Of a stretch of 64,000 nucleotides of DNA, positions 21,079-34,319 are shown piece after piece (position 1 is the first letter of the stretch; every line of letters begins with the position of its first letter). The notes beneath the pieces were generated by a model. That model was not told the DNA's origin. It worked only from the letters and a program-made list of their open reading frames with translations, and made no database searches. The stretch is from Sphaerodactylus townsendi (lineage: Eukaryota): the NCBI RefSeq assembly GCF_021028975.2, contig NC_059435.1, positions 78,616,001 through 78,680,000 on the forward strand, written 5' to 3'. Made by a program: the position numbers and the translations under genes.

Positions 21079-22028
21079 GTATTATTGAGCAGTTCTTCCA
21101 AGACAAGGAAATTCTGCTTACCAGCATCCTTGCTTGTGCAACTGGTGGCACACCATCAGGGACTGGTCGCTACCATGGGTGTGTTGCTTACTTGAGAAGA
21201 GCAGTGCGAAAGTGTGTTTACCACACACTGCGTCATTCATCGCCAACTTCTGGTTGCGAAAACCTCAGCGATCGCCTGCACAAGTCATTACACACTGTCA
21301 TTACTGAACTGAATAAAATTAAAGCCCGTGTCCTAAGTGGTGGACTGTTTCAGGGGTTTCGCTGCCTCATACTGATTATAGGTTTTGGCCGGTGGAAGAG
21401 CCAGGGTGAGAGAGACGCTTTCAAGTCCTTCTTGACACTGATGTGGAGCTTTTTGAAGATTCAGATGCTGCCGAGATCAGGCCTGACATTGCTTGTTTAT
21501 CAGAACTGTTTACAACGTTCAGTGAAATTAATTTGCAGTTGCAAGGAAATAAGGTCAACCTTAATAAGGCCAAATCTATCATCCCTACTACATTTAACAC
21601 AAAGTTCATGCTGTCCAAGTGCAATATAGGCCGTTATGAGCTATGCCAGTTTCCAGGACAGAAGGTGGGATAAAATATCATGACCTGTAGTTTTCTGTGG
21701 CACTCGGATATGCTGCATGAGTATGTGTCTTAGCCAACTGAAGGATCTTCTTTTAATGGAAATTCCACATTGGGTGAAAAATCCATTTTCAGGTACTGGA
21801 GTCCATTGTTCTGTTGAATAAATAAAACAAAAAAGTTTTATTGGATTTGAAATAAATGAGCAATTGTTACTGTCTTGAATGTGATTATTATCTTCCCTAG
21901 TGGGTTGTGCAAACTTTCTGAATAACAGAAAGCTATTCTGAATAACACTTTTTGATGGGTAGGAGGGGGCTCCTGGGGGGGGGGGTGTTTATGGAACAAA
22001 AGGGGCAGTAGCCCTGAAAGGTTTGGTT
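20830..22028 (+). mobile_element. Fossil hAT-Charlie-type transposon with a pseudogenised transposase
   Basis: Frameshifted translations EFAAQLAEP...LLAYTGFIKD...QELLFAR, FFQDKEILLTSILACATGG, NLSDRLHKSLHTVITELNKIK and DIACLSELF...INLQLQGN match Charlie/ZBED5-like motifs (LQLDES, CATDG, LNLQLQG). A (GT)n expansion lies at 21026-21074 and a degenerate terminal repeat near 22020. Confidence 0.75.
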
Positions 22029-25000
22029 TAACATTTTCCTGAGTTCCCAGGTGGTTCCTGGGCAGGGCTGTCTTGTTTCAGTGGGTCTTTCTTTAGTTTC
22101 CGCACCATCTCCCCCTCCTAGAATCCAAGCTCTGTTCTTCTAGCTTTGGGGCTGTTTTCACCAGCGATGGACGTGGGCGTCTGCGTGGCTGCCTGCAGCC
22201 GCCAGGGCAAAACGGCCTGTGGGCCGAAGTCTCCAGAAGAGCCAGAGGAGAGTGGCGCGTTTCCCCCGTGTCTCTGCTCCTTTCTAGGCATCCCTTTTCT
22301 GCTCAGTGATCTTGATTCTCACCTGCGTGACCCACTCTTGGGCTAAAAAGAGCCTCTGCTCTTGTGAGGTTCTCCCCGTGTTGCATGGGTTTGCGTGGGC
22401 AGAGTGAGGCTTGTGCCCCTTGGTCAGTGTGCGCGTGGCTGAGCATTGAGGGTGAGGTACCATGGAAGTTCTGCCTGTGCCACTGGGTCTGTGGTGGTCT
22501 CTGTTTCACATGTGCTGACCGACTGCCGCTGCCGCGGCTGTCAGAGAACACTGAGCGAAGTCGTCCCCCCCCCCCATGCCCCCCTGGTCTGGTGCAGCTG
22601 CTCTCTGCACAAGCGGTGAAAACCTTGGGGACAACATTCGCATGAGCAGCCAGATTTTCTAGGGGGGGACTGCAGAATAGCTTCCTGGGGGTGGGGGTGG
22701 GGGGTGCTTTGCACATGCCTCAAACATCCAGCCAGGCCCCTCCCACCCTCGAAGGAGCCATCTTGTTCCAGGGGAGTCTTTCTCACCTTTTTCTGACAAT
22801 TCCCCCCCCCCCCCCCCGCCCCACAACCTGGCTGCTCCTTCCTGTGCCCACCCAGCGGGATCTCATTCCTGCTGCAGAGCCGTTTCCTCTCTGCCTGACA
22901 TTGAGGGACAAATCCCAGGCGGAACCCGATCCGGGCCAGGAGCTGCAGCGTCAGCGTTCCAGGCAGGGTCCTGGACAGCAGGATTGGGTTGCTGGTCGTT
23001 TTTCTTGACTGGTTTCCAGGGTTCCTCTCTCGGTTGGAGTTCTCTCCGTGTCCTCTCTGTGTTTATCTTCCGCAATATCCTTTTTATTATGAAGGGAGAG
23101 TCTCAGAATGTGCAGTTCACAATATTTTGCTGTGCGCAGCTCCGAAAACCCTCAGCTGCAGGACATGAGTGGGCAGGCGGAAGGGGGGCTCCACTCCTCC
23201 CAGGCAAAGCCCCCCCCCCTCTCCCGGGGCCCACCAGCTCCTGCTCCCATGGATTGCGCTGAATATCTGAGCTGCAACCCCTCTGGGTGGGCTGCTGTCT
23301 CTCGACTCTCTCCTCCCTGGAGTGGTGGTGGGGGGGTGGGGGGTGACCTGTGGCTGTCCCAGATGAGGGGTCTTTGGGGGCTGGAAATCCAGTTCTCCGG
23401 CTGGGTTCTGGCAAGCCCAGGATTGAGGGAGGGGCTGCTTGTGACTCCCTGCTGCCTCCGTGGGCCCTTGAATGACCCCTCTGGATCTCACACCATGGCC
23501 AGAACTATTAGAAGAGAAAACAACTCGTTTTTAATTGGAGGATCACAGCAGAAAATTAAACATTAATTGGACCTGGTGAATTGATAAAAGTGAGCAAATT
23601 AATCTTTGGAAGGACAGCCAGGAGACAGGGGAAGGGACGGCAGGGAGAAGGGGGTGGGGGGCGTCGCTTACGAGTGCCTCTGAATCCCCAGCTTTCCTCT
23701 TTAAACAGTCAGGCTCCAGCCCCCCTTGTGGTGGAGATATAAGGGCACAACTTTGCAACCATGTCAGTGTAACGAAAAGTGCTGGAACTGGTAAAAATGA
23801 AAGCTGGGAATGAGTGGATAGGTCTTTATAACCCCCTAGTGGGGCAGGGATAAAATGTACCTGCAAAAAGTGTGAGTCTTTCCACCCGCGCAGCTTCCCA
23901 AGACACTCTGACTGCCGCCTTTTTGGAAAGATTTGGGAAAGATGCCAACAAAGCAGGGGGATCCACGGAAAGTGAACCTGGGCCTGATGTTGTGTGGGTG
24001 CTCCAAGAACCCCCACTTTGGTTTGGAGCCAGATCGCTCTGTGGCAGAGCCGTCTGCGTGAGGACCTACTCTCTGTTGTCGGTTGGATGCTAAGGGCATT
24101 TCTGTTTTTGGAGCCCCCGCCAGCTCAGCTGCACTGCAAACGGGAGAGGGGTGTGTGTGTGTGTGTGCTGGTTGTCACCTCCCCCCCCCCCCCATGGCTC
24201 TGGTGGCCTGGACTTCTCCAAAGCACGCGGGGGTGGGACGCTCCCCAGCAGGGCTCCCATTTCTTGGGGAGAAAGACTCTGGCCTGAAGGCTGGGGCTGA
24301 GTCCTGGGCAGTGGCTGTGCTCTGCCTCCACCTGCCAGCACGGCCCCTCCCTTCCTCTCTGGGGGAGACCGGTTCCTCCTTGAGGCTCATTCCATGCATT
24401 GCGGGGGGGGGGGCGGGGGGGGAGTAATGGGGGCCCCTGGGAGGCCTCTGAGCCATGGCTGCCATGACCCTGCTCCCCAATTTCTCTCTCCCTGTAGCTC
24501 GTGGTGTGGTGGTGCGTGGGCCAGCCTCTTCTCCGCACTGTCCCTCGTGAGAACAGGACGCCGCGTGGAACTTTGCCAGGGGAGGTAAGGAGGCCCCAGG
24601 AGCCGTGGCGGGTTCTGCCCCCTGTGGACCCCTCTCAGTGGGGCCCTCAAGAGCAGCTGGATATGAGCCCCTTGGCAGAGGAGAGGGGACTCGATCTTCC
24701 CCCCTTGATCCCAGCAGGGCTTGGAAGGCTGCTGAACGGCCCCCCTGCCCCTCGGTATGGATGCTGTCGGCTGCCTGCAGTGGGGATTCTGGGGGTGAGC
24801 AGGACTGGGGCGGGGGTGCGTGGCAGAGTCAGGATCCGACCCTTGGCTGTGCTGGGGATAGAAAGCAAAGGATAGTGTCAGCAGTGGGTGTGTGTTGTCC
24901 TTTTCCCTGCAGAATGGTGTGGGGTTCCATTCCCTGGACCTCAAGGCGATTTTGAAGTGTGGGGTGGGGAGGCTGTGGGGCTGGCCCTTCTGGGAAGTGC

Positions 25001-26607
25001 GGGGAGAGGAGGGCGGGGAGGGGGGCTGGACTAGCCCGCAGGTGCCACATTTCCACTTCTTTTCCATCAAATGCATTCCAAATGGCGAGGCCAAGGCGAA
25101 TGAGCTCTTGGGGGGAGCAGGGTTTCAGGGGAGGGGTCTTGCCTGCTGCCCACTCCTGGGTGAACGGGCTGGGAGCGCCTCCCTGCTCTCACTCTGTGAA
25201 ACGGAGGGCCGAATGCAGGAGAACGGGGGTTGCCTGCAAGAAGATGTCCCAGGATGTTTTCCTGCATGAGTCCCTCCAAAGGGAAAAGGCCCTTCCTGAA
25301 CCAGAACACGGGAGCGTGCAGGGGGGCAGCCGTGCTGAAATCTGTGGGGCTTGCTCTTGCCAACCCCCTGCTGGATTGTGCCCAGTTAGTTTGCCAGCTG
25401 TTGGGGGACAGGCAGAAGGAGTGCCGGGGGAGAACCACCCGGCAGAGGTGGGGAGGTCTTGGCCATGTTTGCAGTCATGTAACCCTTCAAAAGCAAACAA
25501 CCCAGGAGAGGGGTCCCTGCCCATCGGCTGTTCCTGCCCTTCACACCCCCTTGCGCAGGCGGGGGCACTGCAGGGGCTCTGGAGCTGCTTGCCCCCTCTG
25601 ACCCCATCAGGGTGACCCCGAGGGGCAGCCGGGACAAACCTGCTGCACGCTCTCATTAGGCCAGGTTCCCGCCGTGCTGGGCTGTTTTCCTGGGCCGCCT
25701 TCCAGGCTTCTGCGCTGGCCAAGAACTGCGGGCTTCCCTGGGAAGGGTCTGCGGAGCGTGGCCTCGCCCTCACCTGCCCTCACCTGCCTTCTGCCTCCCG
25801 CTGTCCTCACAATTAACACAAGCAGAGCCCTGGCAGCAAGCGGCCCGGCCCACCTTCCAGGTGCTTTGGGGGGTCACTGGGAGGGCTTTTCGGGAGGGAG
25901 GCTCCCATCAGCCCCCAGATCTGGAGGCCTCTTCTCCTCCTTCTTCCACCATCAGGGTCTCTGGCTCCAGCCTCCCCCCTCTGCCCCAGGAATGGCCCGA
26001 CAGACCCCCCCCCCCCCCCGGAGTCCTTGGCACCTGGCTGGCAAAGACTGCTGAGGTCGAGAGCGGGGCTGGCTGCTTTCTCTCTCTCTCTCTCTCTCTC
26101 TCTCGGCTCTCCTTGTTCCTCCATTTCTTGTTTGGAACCGTTTGGGCCTACCTTGCAGGGGGCGGTGAAGGTGAGCAGGAAAGAGGGCTTGGAGTGAGTC
26201 TGCTGCCCAGTTGGCCCAGAGCCTGTATTGGGAAGGGAGCAGAGGGAAGCCTTCCTCACCTCCCCCCCCCTCCCCCATATGCCTAATGCTGCTAGGTGAG
26301 GGTGGGGAGGGCAAGAGCTGGACTCCCTGAGGGTCTTTAAAGGGAGTCACTTGCAGTGGTTCTGGGAGAATTGCCTCCTTGTGTGAGGTGGTGCCACAAC
26401 TGGGAGGGGTTGTTGGGCTCTGGGGAGCAAAGCTGGCAGGAGAGAATTTGCCCTCCCCCCCCCCCACTGGACTGCTGCTCGCTTACAGAGCATTAAGAGG
26501 GCTGGGCGGGGGTGGGGGTGGCTGGACCTTCCACACCACACACCCCCGTCCACTCAACCCCCCTGCTGTCATAGAATGGAGGGTCACCTGGTGTGTGCTG
26601 CCCATCA

Positions 26608-26658
<51 letters not shown>

Positions 26659-26671
26659 CAGAGACAGACAG

Positions 26672-26830
26672 ACCAGAATCCTGAAAGATCTCTGCTCCCC
26701 GACACCCCCACCTCACAAGGGGTCTGTTGTGGGGAGAGGCAGGGAAAGCAGTTTGTAGGTCTTTTTGAGTCTCCTTAAAAGTAGAGAAACCAACTCAGGG
26801 TATAAAACTAACTCACCCTCTTATTCTTCT
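26672..26830 (+). mobile_element. Squam3-like SINE 3' half, preceded by (GT)n(GA)n
   Basis: CACCTCACAAGGGGTCTGTTGTGGGGAGAGG...GAGTCTCCTT...GGTATAAAAC. Confidence 0.65.
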
Positions 26831-27814
26831 GTGTGTGTGAACGTGGCGCCTGTGCTCGTACGGAGGGCTGGCCGGGACACCGCCAGGACAGAGGGGGCAT
26901 CTGGCTGTCCGGCAGCCACACGCTGGCTGAGGAAGTGGAGTGCCCGTGGGGCAGGAACGCTGGTGGGGGTTGCTTGTGGCGGAGCACAGTGGGGCAGGTG
27001 GCATGACAAGTAGGCATGGTCATGTGCCCCTACCCCTATCCCCTGGTGTCCTGCCCCCCTCTCCTGGGAGGGCTGGGTCTCTCTGGAAGGGAAGACCTCT
27101 CTTGTGGGCGGGGGGAGGGTTCTGTGTTGAATGACAGTTCAGCCTAGGAATGGGGCAAGAGAGCGTCCTTGCATTGGAACTGGGAGCCGTTCCCTCCCCT
27201 CCAAGAGGAGATGCGTGGGGGGGGCCCTCTCCCCAGGCAAAAATGTGACCCCCCCCCCGCCTCCCTCCTGGTGCTTCCTCCTCCTTGGGGAGCTGGCTGG
27301 TTCCTGGCTGGCTCCTCCTCCTCGGGGAGCTGGCCTTGTGCCCAGCAGGGCAGCAGAGTCTGTTCCACCGTTCGGGGGGGTGGGGGGGGAGCCTCGTGGG
27401 GGGGGGGCCTGCCAGCTAAGTGGCACTTGCAGAGCTCTTGGCACTCCGCTCAGGTTGTTTGCAGAAAGCCGCCCGTCAGTCTGAGGCAGAGGTGCCAGAA
27501 CAAAGGCTGGGCCGCCACCCCTCGCCATTCCCTTCCTCCGGCTCAAGTTATCGGGGGGGGGGGGGGCCAGCAGAGGCAGGCCCTGGGGGGGGGCGCATCC
27601 CTTCTGTCTCCTGCTGGAGGGGAGTGGGGGCTGCAGGCCGAGCCGTGGGGGCATCTGCCCTGGCAGACGGCCCTTGGGGGAGCCGTGGAGGCTGCTGGGG
27701 GCCCTGGAAGAATCCCTAAGGAGCTCGGAGGCCACGGGGTGAGTGAGAGCGGGCATTGTGGGGGTGCCAGGGGAGGGTGGCTCCCGGGCACCCAGTAGGC
27801 TCTTCCCTGAGCTG

Positions 27815-27897
<83 letters not shown>
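27815..27897. repeat. (CCTG)n microsatellite
   Basis: About 20 units read directly from the sequence. Confidence 0.97.
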
Positions 27898-27899
<2 letters not shown>

Positions 27900-30800
27900 T
27901 GTCAAGAAGGGGAATCCCAGCGGGGCTTTGCTGGATCCCCCCTCCAACCTGGCAGGGTGGGTCGTGCGGTGGCTGCAGCCCTGACTGGGGCTTATGGGAA
28001 AGCAAGTGCTGGAGGGGATGGGTCTTGAACCTGGGCCTTCCAGGAAGAGACTGGGTGGGGGTGCTGAGGGGATCTCCTTCTCTGGATGCCTGTGGGAAAC
28101 CTTTTGCCAAACGCGGAGAGAGGAGGAGGAGGAGGAGGAGGAGACCCCGGAGGAGCCACAACCTGCTTCCCGCAGTGCTTGCTGTCTGTTCAGCTTATCC
28201 ATACTGAGGAAAATTCACTCTGTGTATGCTCAGGAGTACGACCCCCTAGCCACGAGTGTTTGGTAATCCTAATAGCTCCAGTTTTGGGGTTCTGTCCCGC
28301 CTGTTCTGCTCCGGCCGGGGGGGGGGGGGCTGTCCTGCCTGCCTATGCTCCCCTCCCCTCCAGGAGCTGGGAGTGCAACCCTGGCTCTTGCTGGTTAATC
28401 TCCAGTCTTCCCTCTGCTCTCATGGCCTACCTTCTAGGGTTCTTGTAAAATTATCTGACAAAGACATATGAAGAGTTTGGAATACTTTGGAAAAGCTCCT
28501 GGTCAATCCTGCTCAGAATTATGAGGAGAAAAGTGCAAGAGTGCCTCTGAACCCGCACAGAGTCCCTTTCCTTCCCATCTGAAGGAAGGTGGAGCATCAG
28601 GCCAGAGATGCCCTCAGACTCCTCCAGCTGGGAAGCAGCCGGGAGCCCTCCGCACGCCTCGCCTCGGTGCACGTGCAGAGGGGTCACCAGTGATTCATCC
28701 TCAGGATGTTCTGCAGAGGAGGAAGGGAGGGAGCTATTTTTAACGGAGGGCAGGCTGGGCGGGGCTCTGCAGTCTGTCTCGCTTCTTTGGAGAAACCCTG
28801 GATGGGGGGGGGGGGGCTGTTCACCTTCCCACCCTGAAGGGGCTGTGTGAGAGGCAGTGTGAGGTAGTGGTTAGTGCTCCTGGGGACACTGTCTGGTTTG
28901 AAACTCCCTAGATGACCTTGGACCGGACACCCTCTGCCTCCCCAGGGAAAGCGTGGTGCTGTCTCCGTGTTCTGGGTACTGAACTGCTGCCACCCCAAGC
29001 TCTTTGGTGGAAGGGGGGCTGAGACGCTGGCAAAGAGCTGCTCCCCCCCCCCTGCATTTCTGCTGCAGCAGACTCCTCCAGCCTGCCACTTTGTGGTGCC
29101 CACTGCGTGCCCCTCCCAGCTCCTCCCCTGGGGCAGCCCTGCTGGCATCAGAATTCTGCTGCCCTCCACTGCAGGGCGTGAGCGTGGATTCGACCCCTGC
29201 GCCGGCCGAGGGTCAGCCCTCCGAGAGCCCGGGCTCGGTTGTTGCTTCTTTTGGCCCTTGTGGCTGCAGCCATCTCTGACTCCTGGATGCCCAGGAAACT
29301 GCCCTCTGCCCACGTGTGTCACCGGTGTGGATTCCCCCGCAGGACGTCTCTTTCTGCCGATTGCTTAGAGTGCTCAGCCAGGCTGGCCGCTTGTGCCCGC
29401 AGCTGGGGCCCCTCCCAGCCAGTGGAGGCTCAGCACCAGACCTCGGCCTTCCTTTCCATATATCCTGCTCTTCTCAAAGCCGCTCCAGAAACGGTTCTCT
29501 CCCGCTCTGCTCTCTTGCTCCTCCAGCCCTTCGAGGTGGGCCAGGCTGAGTGGGAGACGGGGGAGGGCCAGGGCGGCTGAGGGCGCTGGTCGGCCACCCT
29601 GCGCGTTGGGGCCGGATTCTGGGCTACTTGAGTGGCAGGTGCTAGGAGAGGCTTCACCTGGTGCTTGGTGAGTGTGTGGGGGGGCTTTATCCTACAGCAC
29701 TGGGCCCCCAGCAGAGCCCAGCAGGCAACAGGTGGGTGGGTGTGGGGTAGTTGCTGTGGGGCAGGTATTGAGGGGAGCAAGACTCCCTCCCTCAGGTGTC
29801 TGCCAAAATACAAGTCCCCCTGCCCCCCCCCCCCGCCCTCAAGTGGTGTATGAAAAGAGAGGCGCATCCCAGCAAGTCCCAAATTGGGAACCTGGGGGGA
29901 GGGGGGGAGCTGCCTCTCCCACCTCTAGTTTATTTTGGCTGCCAGTTAGGGAGGGCTGTGCTGGAAGCCCCAGACAGCAGCAGATGGGGGGGCCGGGGGT
30001 GGGTGGCAAGGAGAGGGGCCCTGCTCTGCTTTCAGCCCCAGGATCCTTGGTCAGGGGCCCAACTCTGCCCCCCCCGTGGGGTGAAGCTGCAGGCAGACCT
30101 TTGCGGAGAAGCTCAGGCCAGGCAACGAAGGGTGGAAGAGGGCCGCCTCTGTGGTCCTTTCAGCCGCCTCATCCTCGGAACTGGAGGGTCTGCCTGCCGT
30201 GCTCTTGACCAATCACTCCCCCCATCCTGGGTCGGGGCGGGGGAGGGGCTCCGCAGAGGCCGGCGTGGTCCGTGGGGCAAGTGGGCCTGCGGTGACTTTG
30301 CCCTATAATCGCTTTAGCCGGATCAGGCGGGCCAGCCAGGGCTGGCCCCTGGAATGTGACATTGCTCCCCCCCCCCAGCACTGGCAGCCTGTAATTAATG
30401 CGGGGGGGGGGGTGCTGTGCCTCCTCTGACAAAGGTCTTTTGTCTGGTGGGAGGGGAGGGGCTCAGCCCCTCTCCTGGCTCTGAAGCGGCCGCCAGCCAA
30501 GGCAGGAGAGCCGAAGCGGCCTGGCGTGGGACGGGACGGAGGGCCACAGAGCGCGGGGGTGGGGTGGGGGGCGGGGGGCGCTGCTTTGGCCTGGCAAGGT
30601 AAGTCGGGGTTGCAGGAGGAGTGCGGGAGAGACACTGCAGGGCAGCCCCCGGCTGCAGTCTCTGCAGAGGGCATTCCAAATGCTCAATACTCCCAGCAGA
30701 GTGGAGCAGTGGTGCAGAGTGGTCAGAGCCCTGCTCAAATTGCTTGCTCTGTCAAGAAGCGCACTGGGTGACAACCATGGCTCAATTGCTTTTGAGTGTC

Positions 30801-31945
30801 CTACCTCACAGGGCTGGTAAGGAGATAAAATGGAGGAGGAAGAGCCATATATGCCAGCCTGAGGAAGGGGCAGGATACAGAAGGCCCCATGCTTCTCAAA
30901 GCAATCATGGTGGGGGGGGGGTCCTCAGGATGTGGCTTCTATATCATCCGAAGAGGCATTTGCCCGCTCTGGATCTTTTTTGGGGGGGGGGGTCTGCATA
31001 TGCTGCCTGCCCCCCCTGCATGACAGGAGACCCAATTATCTTCCTGTCATGGAGGCAGGGGTCGGCTTTGATGTGTAGCCCCTCCCCCGTCAGTGGATCT
31101 GTAAAGCCCACCGTATCCCTCTCTCTGTGTCTGTGTGATGAATGTTGATGTGTCAGGTGTATATTATGGGGCGGGGGGGGGGGGCGTTAGAGAACAGACT
31201 GGCTTCAGCAGAGGCTCTGTCCTTGATTGGCATCAATGAGCTAACAAGTGGTTTGTTTGAGTCACAGAACTCAACAGTATTTGCATGGGGGGAGGCGGGG
31301 GCTCTGAATAGAGCGCTTGGTGGCAGGGCCTGTGACTTGGACCTCTGTGTGTGCGTGTGCGTGTGCGTGTGCGTGCCTGCATGCACCTGGAAGCCCTTTT
31401 TCCTGTTCCCAGTGACTTCATATTGTGTGGAAGGAGTTTTGCACATGCCCAGAGCTTAGTGGGGGGCAGGTTGGCTCAGGCGAAGTGGGACCGCATTGCC
31501 TTGGGGGGAGGGCGCTGTAGCTTTCTGTTTTCCCTGCCTGCCCTTTAGCTGCCCGTTTGCTGGGCTGGGGGAGGCGGTGGTCCCTCTGCTTGTGAGAACT
31601 GGATGGGCACCCTCTCCTTGGCACGGCTTTCCCTGGAACAGTCTGCTGCGTGTTTATGACTCTCTAATCCCGCCCTTGCGTGGCAGGCTGGCTTAAGCCA
31701 AGGAAGCTGCTTATTCCGTGGGTGGGGGTGGGGGGGTGGGGGTCTGGGACCGGAATCCCTGCCCAGCAAGGGGATGCCTCTTCCAGCTGAGTTTCAGCCT
31801 CTTTCCGCCAACTCCAGGTCCTCCAAGAGTGGTTCTGGGGCTCCCACTGCTGCAAGGAGGTGGGGAAGCTTCAATTGATTTTGTTATCCAGCACTGACAG
31901 GGAATAGGCATTGCCAGTCAATCAAATGTGACATTCAAGGGTGGG

Positions 31946-32168
31946 GGAGGGGGCCCGGCATCTGGACATGGCCCACCCACCCTAGCGGAGGGGAGGGAGG
32001 GGGAAGGGTGCCATGCAAAGGAAGGGGAGTGAGTGAGGGGTGGCATGCAAGGGAGGGGTGGGAGCGGGAGGGGGCCCGGCATCTGGACATGGCCCACCCA
32101 CCCTAGTAGAGGGGAGGGAGGGGGAAGGGTGCCATGCAAGGGAAGGGGAGTGAGTGAGGGGTGGCATG
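31946..32168. repeat. Tandem duplication, about 120-bp unit x2
   Basis: GGGCCCGGCATCTGGACATGGCCCACCCACCCTAG...GAGTGAGTGAGGGGTGGCATGC occurs twice. Confidence 0.9.
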
Positions 32169-34319
32169 CCCCCTGCGTATTTGCTCCGTGGCCACTGCCT
32201 GGGCCTCCACGCCTGTGTGGGGAGCGGGGCAGGGGGTGGGGGTGGGTTGGCTCAAAAGCCATCTGGAGAGACCCTGGTTTGCAGGCGCTCCGTGGGCCTG
32301 ACCTTGGCTCTTGGCTGAGAACTGCCGTCTGGGATCCCGCACTGAAGGGCTTCCTGGTTTCCCTGCTCCTGCCCCCTGGCCAAACCTGGCACTCGCCACA
32401 GGTGCTGAGGCTACTGCCCGCCTCCTCCACACCTACCCCCCACCCCCCACCCCCCGGCCCCATGGAGCTCCTTGCAAATGCCCACAGACAGATTTGCAGA
32501 GTGGTGGGGTGGGGGGATGTGCTCAGTTGCTTTGCGTGGGGTGGGGCCAGGCAGGACCCCACGGCTGTTCGGTCTCTGACCTCTGAGGCTGCCCACAGAG
32601 ACCAGACTCATTAAGGGGTCCCACTGCGGCTGAGGAAGCCCCCTCGCTTGGAGCTGCAGCTGCCAGGACCCCTCCCTCCTGGGCGTGGTGCCTCAGGGCC
32701 TGCCTCCCACCTGCCCCAATTAAGGGAGGCTGGGGGGTGGGGTGTCTTAGCCCAAGGAGCAGCCCTTTGGGCTCACACCAGGAGGGGCCAACAATAGGAT
32801 GCCCCCCTGTTTGTGTGTGTGTGGGGGGACTGTATGTGCCCAGAAGGCTGTGGGGTGGTGGGTGACCACCTCTGAAAAGGGCGGGGGTCTGCTCTGTGAT
32901 GGCTCTGCTCCGTTTTGAGGCCAGCTGAACCATTTTGTGGCCATGAGTTCCAGGAGTTATTTTTTCTGCTGCCTATGAAGTGGTCTTGGTCCCTGTGTCC
33001 CCCCCCCCCCCCGTCCCCACCCCCTGCACACAGGTGTTTGGGGAACAGGGGAAGAAGTTCTGTTTCTGCACAGCTCCATCACCCGGTGTGAGAGGCGGCA
33101 GTGTGAAGCGGGGGTACATTTTGTACTAGGACCAGGGCAACCCAGATTCCAGACTGTGCTGTGGAGCTTTGCTGGGGCACCCAGGAACAGTCGCTTGCTT
33201 TCAGCCTTACCTACCTCCGAGGGTTGGTGTGAGGCTCAAACAGAGGAAGGTGCTGTTGTGGGGGCCAGCGGATGTGAACAGCCGAGCCCCGAGGGCGGCG
33301 GTGCTGTGGAGGGCCCCAGCCTTCCAGGGGAAAGGGCAGCCTTGTGGCCATTTTGAGCAGTTTGTTGCTTGCCAGCCACACGAGGTAGGCCAGGGAGAAG
33401 TGGCTGCAGTTGGAACCCTCTTGTGCCGGGCCCAGAGGCCCGCCCTGCTGGGGTGGTTTGGGCAAGTGGGAGAGGCCCGTTGCTGCTCCTGGGCCAGAAT
33501 GTGGGCCGGTGGATGAGTCCTTGGGGAGCCGTTGGTCTCCTGTGGGAATGCTGGGAGGCCGGTCAGCTTAATTGGTGCCTGGAATGTGGAAGTTCTGGCT
33601 TGGCAGAGCCGTGGGCAGCCCCTGCCGCCCGGAGCCGGAGCCGGACCCATAACCAGAGCAGCAGCCCGGCCTTCCGGACCAGGCAGTTGGACCTGGCTGG
33701 AGGCAGAGAGCATCCATCGGGGTGGGGGTGGGTGGGGGGCAGCGGACAGAAGAGGACTGGCCGGTCAGGTAGCCAGGGAGGTAGGTGACCTGTACCACTG
33801 GACCTGGAGCAGATGGGGCGATCCAGCCCAAACACCTGGAATTCTCAAGGGGGTGTATTCCGGAGGGTGGGGGCATTTCAGGCGCCCGCACCCCCCACCC
33901 CATTCCAAGACTGCTTGTTCTTGCCTCCTCCACAGTAATTATTTCTGGCCCCCTACCTGAGAAAAATCTTGGCTTTTGCCAGCATCCGGCAGGTGCCAGG
34001 CAGCGGGGGGGGGGGGGAGCACATTCCTCCCCTCCGACAGGATTGCCTCCCCTTCTTTCCCAACAGAGACAGCGGATGCTGCCGGGGCAAAAGAGCGTGT
34101 GTTGGGGGAGGGGGGTTCTCTTCCAGCCAGAGTTGTGCTAGAGGAGGAGGGGGGGTGTTGGGAGGGGCCCCCAGGCTGCGTGGCTGGTCTACTGCAGAGT
34201 GCTGATCCACGGGGGGGGGGGCACCCCACTTGTCCCCTTTGGCCTGCCTGGCTTGTGGGGGCTCCTGGGTGTCTGTGCCGGCCAGGGCACCTTCAAGGCC
34301 TTTGGGGGCCTGCTTCGGA

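Noticed and set aside
27139-28207. ORFs with RQAG/CLPA repeats
   Set aside because: Translation of the (CCTG)n microsatellite.
29465-29490. Minus-strand GAGCGGCTTTGAGAAGAG resembling the AE2 exon 3 ERFEE codons
   Set aside because: Wrong strand, frame broken, and no flanking similarity, so it is a chance match.
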